Below are positions 54,001-60,412 of a stretch of 64,000 bases of DNA, one piece after another. A program made the translations under genes and the position numbers. The DNA is from a virus. Every line of letters starts with the position of its first letter. Positions within the stretch are counted from its first letter, which is position 1. The notes below the pieces were generated by a model that was not told the origin of the DNA, ran no database searches, and was given only the letters and a program-made list of their open reading frames with translations. The DNA lies in IMG/VR virus record IMGVR_UViG_3300037961_005106, positions 15,235-79,234 of that record; one strand, written 5' to 3'.

Positions 54001-54285
54001 ATGCCAGACGCTGATCGTGGAGATATCCAAATGATTACCCAAGCATTGCCAGGGGGAACCGGCTTTAATTTAAATGAAATATCCAGTGATCCATTTGCAG
54101 CAATGTCTCAGATTGGTTCTTTTATGGGGACCACAGATAGTGATTTATTTGGTGGAGGAGATAAAGAAAAAGAAGACAAAGATGATACAGAAAACTATTT
54201 TAATCTTTTTGATGATAAAAAGGAAGATTATTATAGTGATGCTGGGAGGGATTATATTAGTGAATATACTACTTTCTTTAAGTAA
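51025..54285 (+). CDS. Very large acidic protein, putative internal virion protein
   Basis: About 1086 aa; recurring FD..YY and H[YW]...GK motifs. Confidence 0.6.
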   Translation: MSNIYADYVRREADLTPHFDSMALDPNRGDVYYNGRIKGWDEYYDKHRTYLNGLWKALSPERKDKFIDIAKSNAFIDLNGGSSTDVNERAIRAAKRVMARDWHKGVRYFAGEGLFKDENVVGMEGGSGQQRGLHTYSVLNHDKVGNTPVKNVVVLTSNGQNYLNEGEQTKAYNTYGNSHWNNYGKNEARALPGAKFSIKNGKLSYESSLVGSGLKQNYDNIAKSFNDSEGGNYKALMEGALGSLYNTYQSDFTDGDFNTFSGYYLENKVPKKASSDYAQPPMGTFDSTYYAGTSRGQAALQRWNDAQQSVLGYLPDLDVVGGYGVENTENNIRLFLHGTYTDIKNSGIADKDNRGNKQEETTASDNYYENWNKLSDAEQQAFRDNLLGLTQGTASGGLTVDWDSPYVTTINEDGEEEIVYEIDADGNRVPVVNTDAVSFLESSVFNIFGQKDLEQQDRFQALALDVLKTAVDKLNAERKRESELNIYRGLPGFNEIYGANASIANSLIGDSGIGGYLSMAGVNVDRLTESFEDQLSGATGISNNSSVYNWQKWFDETMLERYQNIEEITGNMQASIEGLDPILDATKWASFQEKVNTLDPETQTEEWNALMDANNLARGLTKDRALEIKNPDNWKALLERYDLDTALNKEEAQAILEADESNIKRIYAIEDDFRDRFIDDYIKPRFDQSKSMDEFISYLDTLDEDEQNVFQTQDAMTALKNVASAHAAAKLSMIQATPDQTFDHTFYFDPTTAIDTREGFEGPRDDDYRKQAERVQADYATAISNPNAVIEGTKTEAYPNGITWNQYAYYYGVDLNNKEQFSRLHYDAIGKNLAYDPAKDITSVADIKGYIVDTVIPKVAEAKLDLGDASFSAFTTPEEFADHLLEGIDPTENNPEWKEILEEFGLDLETSLDELKEYIIDITRTGAAKEIRESIKYLNEKKLKPTQDRLGVTYIERDEDQKDIDPENQSSLYQIFANAGYAGTEDEFFTDFMPDADRGDIQMITQALPGGTGFNLNEISSDPFAAMSQIGSFMGTTDSDLFGGGDKEKEDKDDTENYFNLFDDKKEDYYSDAGRDYISEYTTFFK

Positions 54286-54287
54286 TA

Positions 54288-54587
54288 ATGGCAGAAAAAC
54301 ATAAGAAAGCAGCTAAAGCTGCTAAATTAAGCAAAGACAAAATGGCTTGCAACAAGCCAAAGAAAACACCAGGACATAAAACTAAGTCTCACGTTGTAAA
54401 AGCTTGCGATAAAGGGAAAGAAAAAGTTGTTCGATTCGGTCAACAGGGCGTAAAGGGTGCGGGAAAAAATCCGAAGACAGCCAAAGACAAAGCACGTAAG
54501 AAGTCATACTATGCGAGACACGATGCACAAGATAGCAAACCAAGTAAAATGAGTGCTAGATATTGGTCACATAAAGTGAAATGGTGA
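54288..54587 (+). CDS. Small Lys-rich phage protein
   Basis: KSHVVKAC...VRFGQQG...RKKSYYARH...SARYWSHKVKW. Confidence 0.75.
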   Translation: MAEKHKKAAKAAKLSKDKMACNKPKKTPGHKTKSHVVKACDKGKEKVVRFGQQGVKGAGKNPKTAKDKARKKSYYARHDAQDSKPSKMSARYWSHKVKW

Positions 54588-54760
54588 ACGTAGAAATTAA
54601 TTTAAGTATTGCAGATTGCCGTACTCTTTATCAAGCTGTTTCAGATGCTCTTGAGCATTGGCCAGGTTCACCAGCAAGACCGCCTGAAGAACAAGAAAGA
54701 TATATGCAACTAAAGGTTTTTTTGTTTAGTATTATGTGTGAAGCTTCTTTGGATTTATGA
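54581..54760 (+). CDS. Hypothetical protein, 59 aa (not in ORF track)
   Basis: Hand translation ...ALEHWPGSPARPPEEQERYMQLK... Confidence 0.6.
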   Translation: MVNVEINLSIADCRTLYQAVSDALEHWPGSPARPPEEQERYMQLKVFLFSIMCEASLDL

Positions 54761-54879
54761 GCAAGAACATTAAAGGCGGTGGTTACGTTATTGGTGCACC
54801 AAAGAAAACAAATCAAGGACAAGGAAAACATTCTCGACCAAATCACGGACGCAAAAAACTCCGTGGACAAGGAAAATAA
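54757..54879 (+). CDS. Small basic protein, 40 aa (not in ORF track)
   Basis: Hand translation MSKNIKGGGYVIGAPKKTNQGQGKHSRPNHGRKKLRGQGK; cyanophage-type PKKT.QG...RGQG. Confidence 0.6.
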   Translation: MSKNIKGGGYVIGAPKKTNQGQGKHSRPNHGRKKLRGQGK

Positions 54880-54908
54880 TATATAGTATAAAAATATGCA
54901 GGTCTCCG

Positions 54909-55562
54909 ATGTATCTTTATCAGGATGCAATTTCTATTATTAAAGCATTTGAAGGCTTTAATGAAAAAGCTTATCCTGATCCTGTAACAGGAGGAGACCC
55001 CTATACCCTAGGTTATGGTACTCAGTTCTATCCTGATGGCTCACAGGTCAAGCAAGGCCATTGTTGCACCAGGCAAAAGGCTTTAGAGTATTTGCTTTAT
55101 GAAATTAATGTCATTTCGGAAGAGCTTGATTGTTTAAATCTTGAACTTGACCTACACATGAAGCAAGGTCTTATTTCATTTATTCATTCAGTCGGTTGGG
55201 ATTCTTTTTTATACAGCTCTATTATTGACTATTGCGAAAATGAAGACTATGTTTTAGCTGCCCAAGAATTTGGTAAATGGATCTTTAATGAAGACCATGA
55301 AGTAATAGGTGGTTTATTAGATAGAAGAAGGCAAGAAGCTTGTTTATTTTTAGATACAAATTGTTTGACAGGAGATGTCTTGTTAAAAGCGTTTAGAACT
55401 TATGAAGCTTCCCCAGAACAAGTAGCAGCCATACGACAACTAGAAGCAGAGATTAATCCCTATGCATTGTCAGAATTTGCTAACAAATACAATGCTAATG
55501 ATGCCGGTGATTTCGACCTTTCAGAAGATGATTTGCGTTTGATTTTTGAATTTCAAAAGTAA
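54909..55562 (+). CDS. Endolysin, GH24 lysozyme
   Basis: IKAFEG....AYPDP...P.TLGYG ... GL.DRR..EA.LF. Confidence 0.85.
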   Translation: MYLYQDAISIIKAFEGFNEKAYPDPVTGGDPYTLGYGTQFYPDGSQVKQGHCCTRQKALEYLLYEINVISEELDCLNLELDLHMKQGLISFIHSVGWDSFLYSSIIDYCENEDYVLAAQEFGKWIFNEDHEVIGGLLDRRRQEACLFLDTNCLTGDVLLKAFRTYEASPEQVAAIRQLEAEINPYALSEFANKYNANDAGDFDLSEDDLRLIFEFQK

Positions 55563-55600
55563 GTCTATACACTAGAATAAATAGAGTAAAGGCTAAAAGC

Positions 55601-55897
55601 ATGGGTGAGTCAACATCTACTACAGAGTTTGAGTTACCGCTACACTTGCAACTTGCGATGCGTAAAGCAGAGTTAGAAGCAAAGGAATTGACATGGGATC
55701 AACTTTACGTTGCGCTTTTGAATTTGTATCATCAACGTCTCCTGGAAATCCAGGCAGTAAAAGACATGATGCAAGCAGAAAATATTGAATTAGAGTTTGA
55801 TATCCCTAGTGACGTTGAGTTAGCGCAATTGGCAATGACTTTAATGGCTAGTCAAGACGATGAAGATGATGATGAAATCATGCCATTTTTTGGTTGA
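55601..55897 (+). CDS. NblA-like protein with acidic tail (candidate)
   Basis: ELPL..QL.MR..E..AKELT.DQL...LL.LY.Q.L....AVK.MM matches the NblA heptad pattern. Confidence 0.5.
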   Translation: MGESTSTTEFELPLHLQLAMRKAELEAKELTWDQLYVALLNLYHQRLLEIQAVKDMMQAENIELEFDIPSDVELAQLAMTLMASQDDEDDDEIMPFFG

Positions 55898-55933
55898 TTT
55901 TAGGTTTATAATTTAAATAGAAAGACTAAATGT

Positions 55934-56251
55934 ATGTTGTCAACGGAATATCGCCTTCGATTGGAATTTATTTGTAACAAAATTGTAAACAAAGAAGAGG
56001 TTCAATTAGCAGATATGATTTGGGCAGAAAAATTAGCAAAAGCAAATCGTTCTGCAGGTGAGCTAATGAGAAGAGCACGTCGTGTGGCTAACAATCCAGA
56101 AATGCAACAAGGCGGCTTAGATGATTTTATGAATAGTTTAGATCTTGGTGATCCAGACCCAACGAATCATCGCACTGGTTTTAAGAGTGCAGATGACATT
56201 GTTGAGTGGTTTAGTCAAGAAAAAACTGACGACTGGCGTCAGAGAGATTAA
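55934..56251 (+). CDS. Conserved cyanophage hypothetical protein
   Basis: MLST.YRLRLE.IC..I....EV.L.DMIWA.KLAK.N ... LGDPDP.NH..GF...DW.QRD. Confidence 0.75.
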   Translation: MLSTEYRLRLEFICNKIVNKEEVQLADMIWAEKLAKANRSAGELMRRARRVANNPEMQQGGLDDFMNSLDLGDPDPTNHRTGFKSADDIVEWFSQEKTDDWRQRD

Positions 56252-56791
56252 TTACTCTAAAGCAATCAGTCTATTTAGATACCATTGAGCTTTTTTGAGT
56301 GACTCAATACCCCCTTTATGCTTTTCGCGCCAAACATATTTTGCTACGTTACCTTTTAGGTAGCCTTTATATTCTTCTGGCGTTAACTGCGCTTCGATGG
56401 CTTCAATGCACTCAATGGTGCCATCAGTGTAATGGGAAGGATGGTTAACAGTATCTCCCCAAATTTCTTGATGTTTTTCTACATAGTTATTCCATACTTT
56501 TTCGCTGTAAGGTTTTTGTTCTTCTTCTTTTAATTCTTTTTCTTCTTGATCACCACTAGTATCAACAGCCCAAGGCACGGGACAAACTCCCCCTGGGCAA
56601 TCACTAACAGCTAATTCTTCTTCCTCTGTTACTGGTTCAAACCAGCTTTTAGTTTCCGTTGACGTTTCTCGTCCATCTCCATCTCCTCCGGCGCGTAATC
56701 CCCCATGTCCACCATCAATTGTCGTGGTTGAGGCATCGCACCCATTGCTATACCTTGCTCTGCGCTTGGAATTGTGCCCGTTACTCCGCAT
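56252..56791 (-). CDS. DUF3310 (T7 gp1.7-like nucleotide kinase) domain protein; start uncertain
   Basis: VNHPSHY..G.IECIEAI...GYLKGNV.KY.WR..HKGG.E.LKKA.WYL. Confidence 0.8.
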   Translation of the reverse strand: MRSNGHNSKRRARYSNGCDASTTTIDGGHGGLRAGGDGDGRETSTETKSWFEPVTEEEELAVSDCPGGVCPVPWAVDTSGDQEEKELKEEEQKPYSEKVWNNYVEKHQEIWGDTVNHPSHYTDGTIECIEAIEAQLTPEEYKGYLKGNVAKYVWREKHKGGIESLKKAQWYLNRLIALE

Positions 56792-56988
56792 CTTGGTTGT
56801 GCCTCAGGATCAATAGCTAAGTTCATGCGAGGACGCGATTGTTGCGTCACTGCAATTCCTCGATTGAATTGATCATACACTGGAACATCATTATTTTCAT
56901 TATCTAATTCCTGTCCAAAATCTGAAACAGTAGCAAGGCGAGTCTTTAACTCGTCGCTGTCTTTAATAAAGGAGGATAAGAAATCCAT
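56629..56988 (-). CDS. Hypothetical protein
   Basis: ORF track. Confidence 0.55.
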   Translation of the reverse strand: MDFLSSFIKDSDELKTRLATVSDFGQELDNENNDVPVYDQFNRGIAVTQQSRPRMNLAIDPEAQPRCGVTGTIPSAEQGIAMGAMPQPRQLMVDMGDYAPEEMEMDEKRQRKLKAGLNQ

Positions 56989-57055
56989 GCTGTTTTATTC
57001 TCATTAATTAAGTTCAATTATAATTCAACTATGATGATTTTTATGCACAGCAATA

Positions 57056-57397
57056 ATGGCCCTTAGCTCTGGTGGACACGTTACTGATCTAACGCCTGAG
57101 CGTGCGTATGATGTTGACATACGGCGATTAGATGATGAGGAGAAAGGTACTGCATATGCTGGGGACATTCGCAACGAGAAGCAGCAAGATCGTGTTGAAA
57201 AGTTTCTACGAGCAAAGAGGTCAGCCGGAAAGTTTCGGCAGAAGATGAATTACGATCAACCATTTACAGATAAGCAAGGACAAACACCAGCTTTTATTGA
57301 AGGAGATCCCTTTGGCAAAGCTGGTGCCACAAACTACGCTAATAAACCGCAGCCTTCGACAAATCGGTTGTACTACCCATACACAATGTTTTCTTAA
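57056..57397 (+). CDS. Hypothetical protein (contains RAKRSAGKF)
   Basis: ORF track. Confidence 0.6.
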   Translation: MALSSGGHVTDLTPERAYDVDIRRLDDEEKGTAYAGDIRNEKQQDRVEKFLRAKRSAGKFRQKMNYDQPFTDKQGQTPAFIEGDPFGKAGATNYANKPQPSTNRLYYPYTMFS

Positions 57398-57978
57398 ACC
57401 TTAGATAAGACTACTTCATACGGTTGTTTTTGATATTTTCCTTTACGCATTTGGTAGTCAACTTCGCAAGGTTCCCCCTGGTAAAACAAGAGCTGACAAA
57501 TACCTTCATTGGCATAGATCTTATTAAACAAGGGAGTACAATTACTGATCTCCAAAGTTAAATGGCCCTCCCAGCCAGCTTCTGCTGGAGTAATGTTCGC
57601 CATGATTCCAGCGCGGGCGTATGTACTTTTACCCACTGCAACCACGGTAACGTCTCGGGGTAAAGCCAAGCGTTCAACAGCAACGCCAAGACAGTAACCA
57701 AAAGGAGGCAAGATAAAATATTTTCCTCGCTCATCTTCATGAAGCTCCGTCTCCTTTAAAATATCAGGGTCAAAATTTTTGGCATCACACATTCCATGCT
57801 GGACACCCCCGAATAAAAGACACTGATTAGGTGACAAACGAATGTCATAACCATAGGAACTAAGTCCATAGCTAAGGATTGGAACATCGTTTTCTTTACT
57901 AACAAGTTCAGTTTGAAAAGGAGAAATCATTCCTTTTTCTGCAAACTCTCGAATCTCTTTATCGCTTAAAACAGACAT
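57394..57978 (-). CDS. dcd: dCTP deaminase
   Basis: SYGLSSYGYDIRL, GKSTYARAG, TPAEAGWEGHLTLE, YANEGICQ. Confidence 0.95.
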   Translation of the reverse strand: MSVLSDKEIREFAEKGMISPFQTELVSKENDVPILSYGLSSYGYDIRLSPNQCLLFGGVQHGMCDAKNFDPDILKETELHEDERGKYFILPPFGYCLGVAVERLALPRDVTVVAVGKSTYARAGIMANITPAEAGWEGHLTLEISNCTPLFNKIYANEGICQLLFYQGEPCEVDYQMRKGKYQKQPYEVVLSKV

Positions 57979-58001
57979 GACAAATTCTCAGTCTTAATAT
58001 C

Positions 58002-58595
58002 CTACACAAGGATTCGTCCTTTTTCAGAATAAAGATCTACAAATTCTTGAGTGGCATTTGCGATGTTGTTCCTTGGTTGTAAATAAACAATTAAACTTGA
58101 ACCTGTATTCCTTGACAGCACCTTGTCGTCAGCGTAGTAATGGCGAATTAAAGTAGGACGTGACTTCATGATACAAACAGGATGATCAAAAATATCCTGA
58201 CAATACATAGTCATGTCAATAAAATTAGAAAAATATAAACCTTGTTCAATTTCGCCAGAAAGCCATTTACGTTTTAAAGTACGCCACCAAAGAGCATGCC
58301 CTGAAGTAAGGGTAGGCGATAGACCTCGTGTTGTTTTCCAACGCTGGCTTTTCTTATGCCAAAAATAAGACTGGCTTGGTGGAAACAAGTAAACATTGCC
58401 AAACCATTTCTCTTCATTTAAACCATCTTGTTTTGGGGTGTAGTACTGGTTTGCTCCGACGTATTCGTTAGCAAATGCAGAGCTAGCTGGATCGAGATCA
58501 ATTTGGCCCATAAGGAGGTGGGCAGAATCAACCAAATCACGATTGGAAATCCATTCAAAGTCCTCTGAGCGTACGTTACCCCTTTTAAGACCCAT
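58002..58595 (-). CDS. Phage Dam-like DNA N6-adenine methyltransferase homologue with altered motif IV
   Basis: IDLDPASS..AN..V.A..YYT...DGL...W.G.VYLFPPS. Confidence 0.65.
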   Translation of the reverse strand: MGLKRGNVRSEDFEWISNRDLVDSAHLLMGQIDLDPASSAFANEYVGANQYYTPKQDGLNEEKWFGNVYLFPPSQSYFWHKKSQRWKTTRGLSPTLTSGHALWWRTLKRKWLSGEIEQGLYFSNFIDMTMYCQDIFDHPVCIMKSRPTLIRHYYADDKVLSRNTGSSLIVYLQPRNNIANATQEFVDLYSEKGRILV

Positions 58596-58978
58596 TACTC
58601 AGATTCTTTATTGTAATTAATATAGAAGTAACGCATGCCTTGGTGGTCATTCAGAATATAACCAGCGCCAGCGGTAGGGTTGATTTTTTGTACGGATTCT
58701 AAAATTCGCCTAAAAGATTCAGCTAAGTCTCCTTCGTTGCTAGATTCTGCTTGTTCTTTAGCGGAATGTAATTCTTCTAACGTCAACCAAAACATTGTAC
58801 GTTCAGCATTGTTTGGCTGAAAACACATAGCCCCTGGGCCTTCGATCTCCCAGAATTTCATATATTCTTTGCCCATATCACCAAGAATTAATTTAATAGT
58901 TGCATCTGCATAACGCACACTATTACCTTCAAGGTCTTTACCGCATACAGCAGCTAAAAGTTTTTCACGTCTGTCCAT
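58595..58978 (-). CDS. Hypothetical protein
   Basis: ORF track; TAATG coupling. Confidence 0.6.
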   Translation of the reverse strand: MDRREKLLAAVCGKDLEGNSVRYADATIKLILGDMGKEYMKFWEIEGPGAMCFQPNNAERTMFWLTLEELHSAKEQAESSNEGDLAESFRRILESVQKINPTAGAGYILNDHQGMRYFYINYNKESE

Positions 58979-59432
58979 TTTTTAAAAGTTTTTGTTTTTG
59001 TAAAATCAAAAGCATTTTGGGTAATGGTTGATAAATTACAACCATTTTCCCTAAGATACCACGTTTTTTAACAAGCTTGCCATTATCATCTTTTACTTTA
59101 TCAAATTCTCCTGAACGAATTAAATACTCAGCTACACAACGTAAACGTCGCTTTAAAGGTAGATCAGCATTAGGAAAACGACTGCAAATCGTCTCTGGCT
59201 GCATATCTTGAAAAGCAAGACGTAAACGATTCGCTAAAGTCATACTGCTATTTGGATCTTCTAATTCAAAATCACGTATAGATTGTACATAACGACGCAT
59301 AATATTTTCATCAAAAGAACCTTCCGGAGGTAAAAATTTTTCTACTTGTTTTGCCAAGCTAGTTGGAAGCTGCTCTTGATAGTTATCAAAAGTAAGTTCA
59401 GGTATGTTTATTCCCTCAAAACGATGAGTCAT
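58965..59432 (-). CDS. Hypothetical protein
   Basis: ORF track. Confidence 0.6.
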   Translation of the reverse strand: MTHRFEGINIPELTFDNYQEQLPTSLAKQVEKFLPPEGSFDENIMRRYVQSIRDFELEDPNSSMTLANRLRLAFQDMQPETICSRFPNADLPLKRRLRCVAEYLIRSGEFDKVKDDNGKLVKKRGILGKMVVIYQPLPKMLLILQKQKLLKNGQT

Positions 59433-59433
59433 T

Positions 59434-59898
59434 TTAGTCTTCTACATTAGGAACAGAAGGATCCGGTACATGATTTAAATTCCTGCGAGAATCGCCAGAA
59501 TATAAATCAACAGAATTAATTGGGTCAAATGTTCTCAGGTTAACATCTTCTCCTTTCCTATAGGAGAGAATTAGTTGATTCCATGGGATACGAATCATTT
59601 TTTTATGGCTTCCAACAGGCATAACAATGTAATGAACACCCTGTTGCCAACCAAAATCTTTCTTTTTTTTGCCCTGCAGAATCCAGTTACGAATAGTTTG
59701 ATCTGTTACATTCAAACGTCGGGCACACTCTTCAGTAGAAATGTATTCATCTGAATACACTTCTGGAGAAACTAGATCTGTTTCTTCATTTTGGTAGCGG
59801 CTGTGCCACATTGAAGATAAAATATTGCGAATTCCTCTTAGTTCAGCGGTGATAGCACCCATTGCTTTAACGATTCCACCGGTTTCAGTTTTGCTCAT
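59434..59898 (-). CDS. Excisionase/MerR-like HTH protein
   Basis: YISTEECARRLNVTDQTIRNWI..G.....GVHY. Confidence 0.75.
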   Translation of the reverse strand: MSKTETGGIVKAMGAITAELRGIRNILSSMWHSRYQNEETDLVSPEVYSDEYISTEECARRLNVTDQTIRNWILQGKKKKDFGWQQGVHYIVMPVGSHKKMIRIPWNQLILSYRKGEDVNLRTFDPINSVDLYSGDSRRNLNHVPDPSVPNVED

Positions 59899-59909
59899 CG
59901 CAAAAGGTT

Positions 59910-60371
59910 TTGATTAATGCTACACTTTCAATGAACAATAACGCGAGTGTAATGGAAGATCAAGTCCCTTCCAGTAATATTCCTCAAGAGACAGGTAATT
60001 ATTATCAAAACCCTGAAGGGCCTCGCTTTCAAAACCCTGCTGAATATGCTGCTGCACAACAACAACAAGTAGCACAGCAAGCTCCTCCTGTTCCTGATTT
60101 TCAAGAGATGCGGCGTATTGCCCTGGAACAAGCCATCCAACAAGTAACACAACAACCTGCACCCATTCCACAACAACCAGTCCCGCAACCTACTCCTTCT
60201 GTTCAACAATATGTAGAACCAGAAGTAAGAACTGTTTACGTCAGGCGAAATCTAACCTTGGCTGAAGTAGTTGTTGTCTTTGCTATTTCTTGTGGCCTTG
60301 TGTTTGGCATCCAGGGAGTTTGGAATTTTACTACTGATATTCTTCCTCGAATTGAAATTCGTGAGAAATAA
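59910..60371 (+). CDS. Gln/Pro-rich protein with C-terminal TM helix (true start probably downstream)
   Basis: VVVVFAISCGLVFGIQGVW. Confidence 0.6.
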   Translation: MINATLSMNNNASVMEDQVPSSNIPQETGNYYQNPEGPRFQNPAEYAAAQQQQVAQQAPPVPDFQEMRRIALEQAIQQVTQQPAPIPQQPVPQPTPSVQQYVEPEVRTVYVRRNLTLAEVVVVFAISCGLVFGIQGVWNFTTDILPRIEIREK

Positions 60372-60412
60372 GCAGTCCTATAATATCACTTAGGACTTGA
60401 CTTTAGAAATAG

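Noticed and set aside
51025-54285. Large protein as a virion RNA polymerase or tape measure protein
   Set aside because: No DxDGD or single-subunit RNAP motifs and no tape-measure Ala/Gly periodicity recognised
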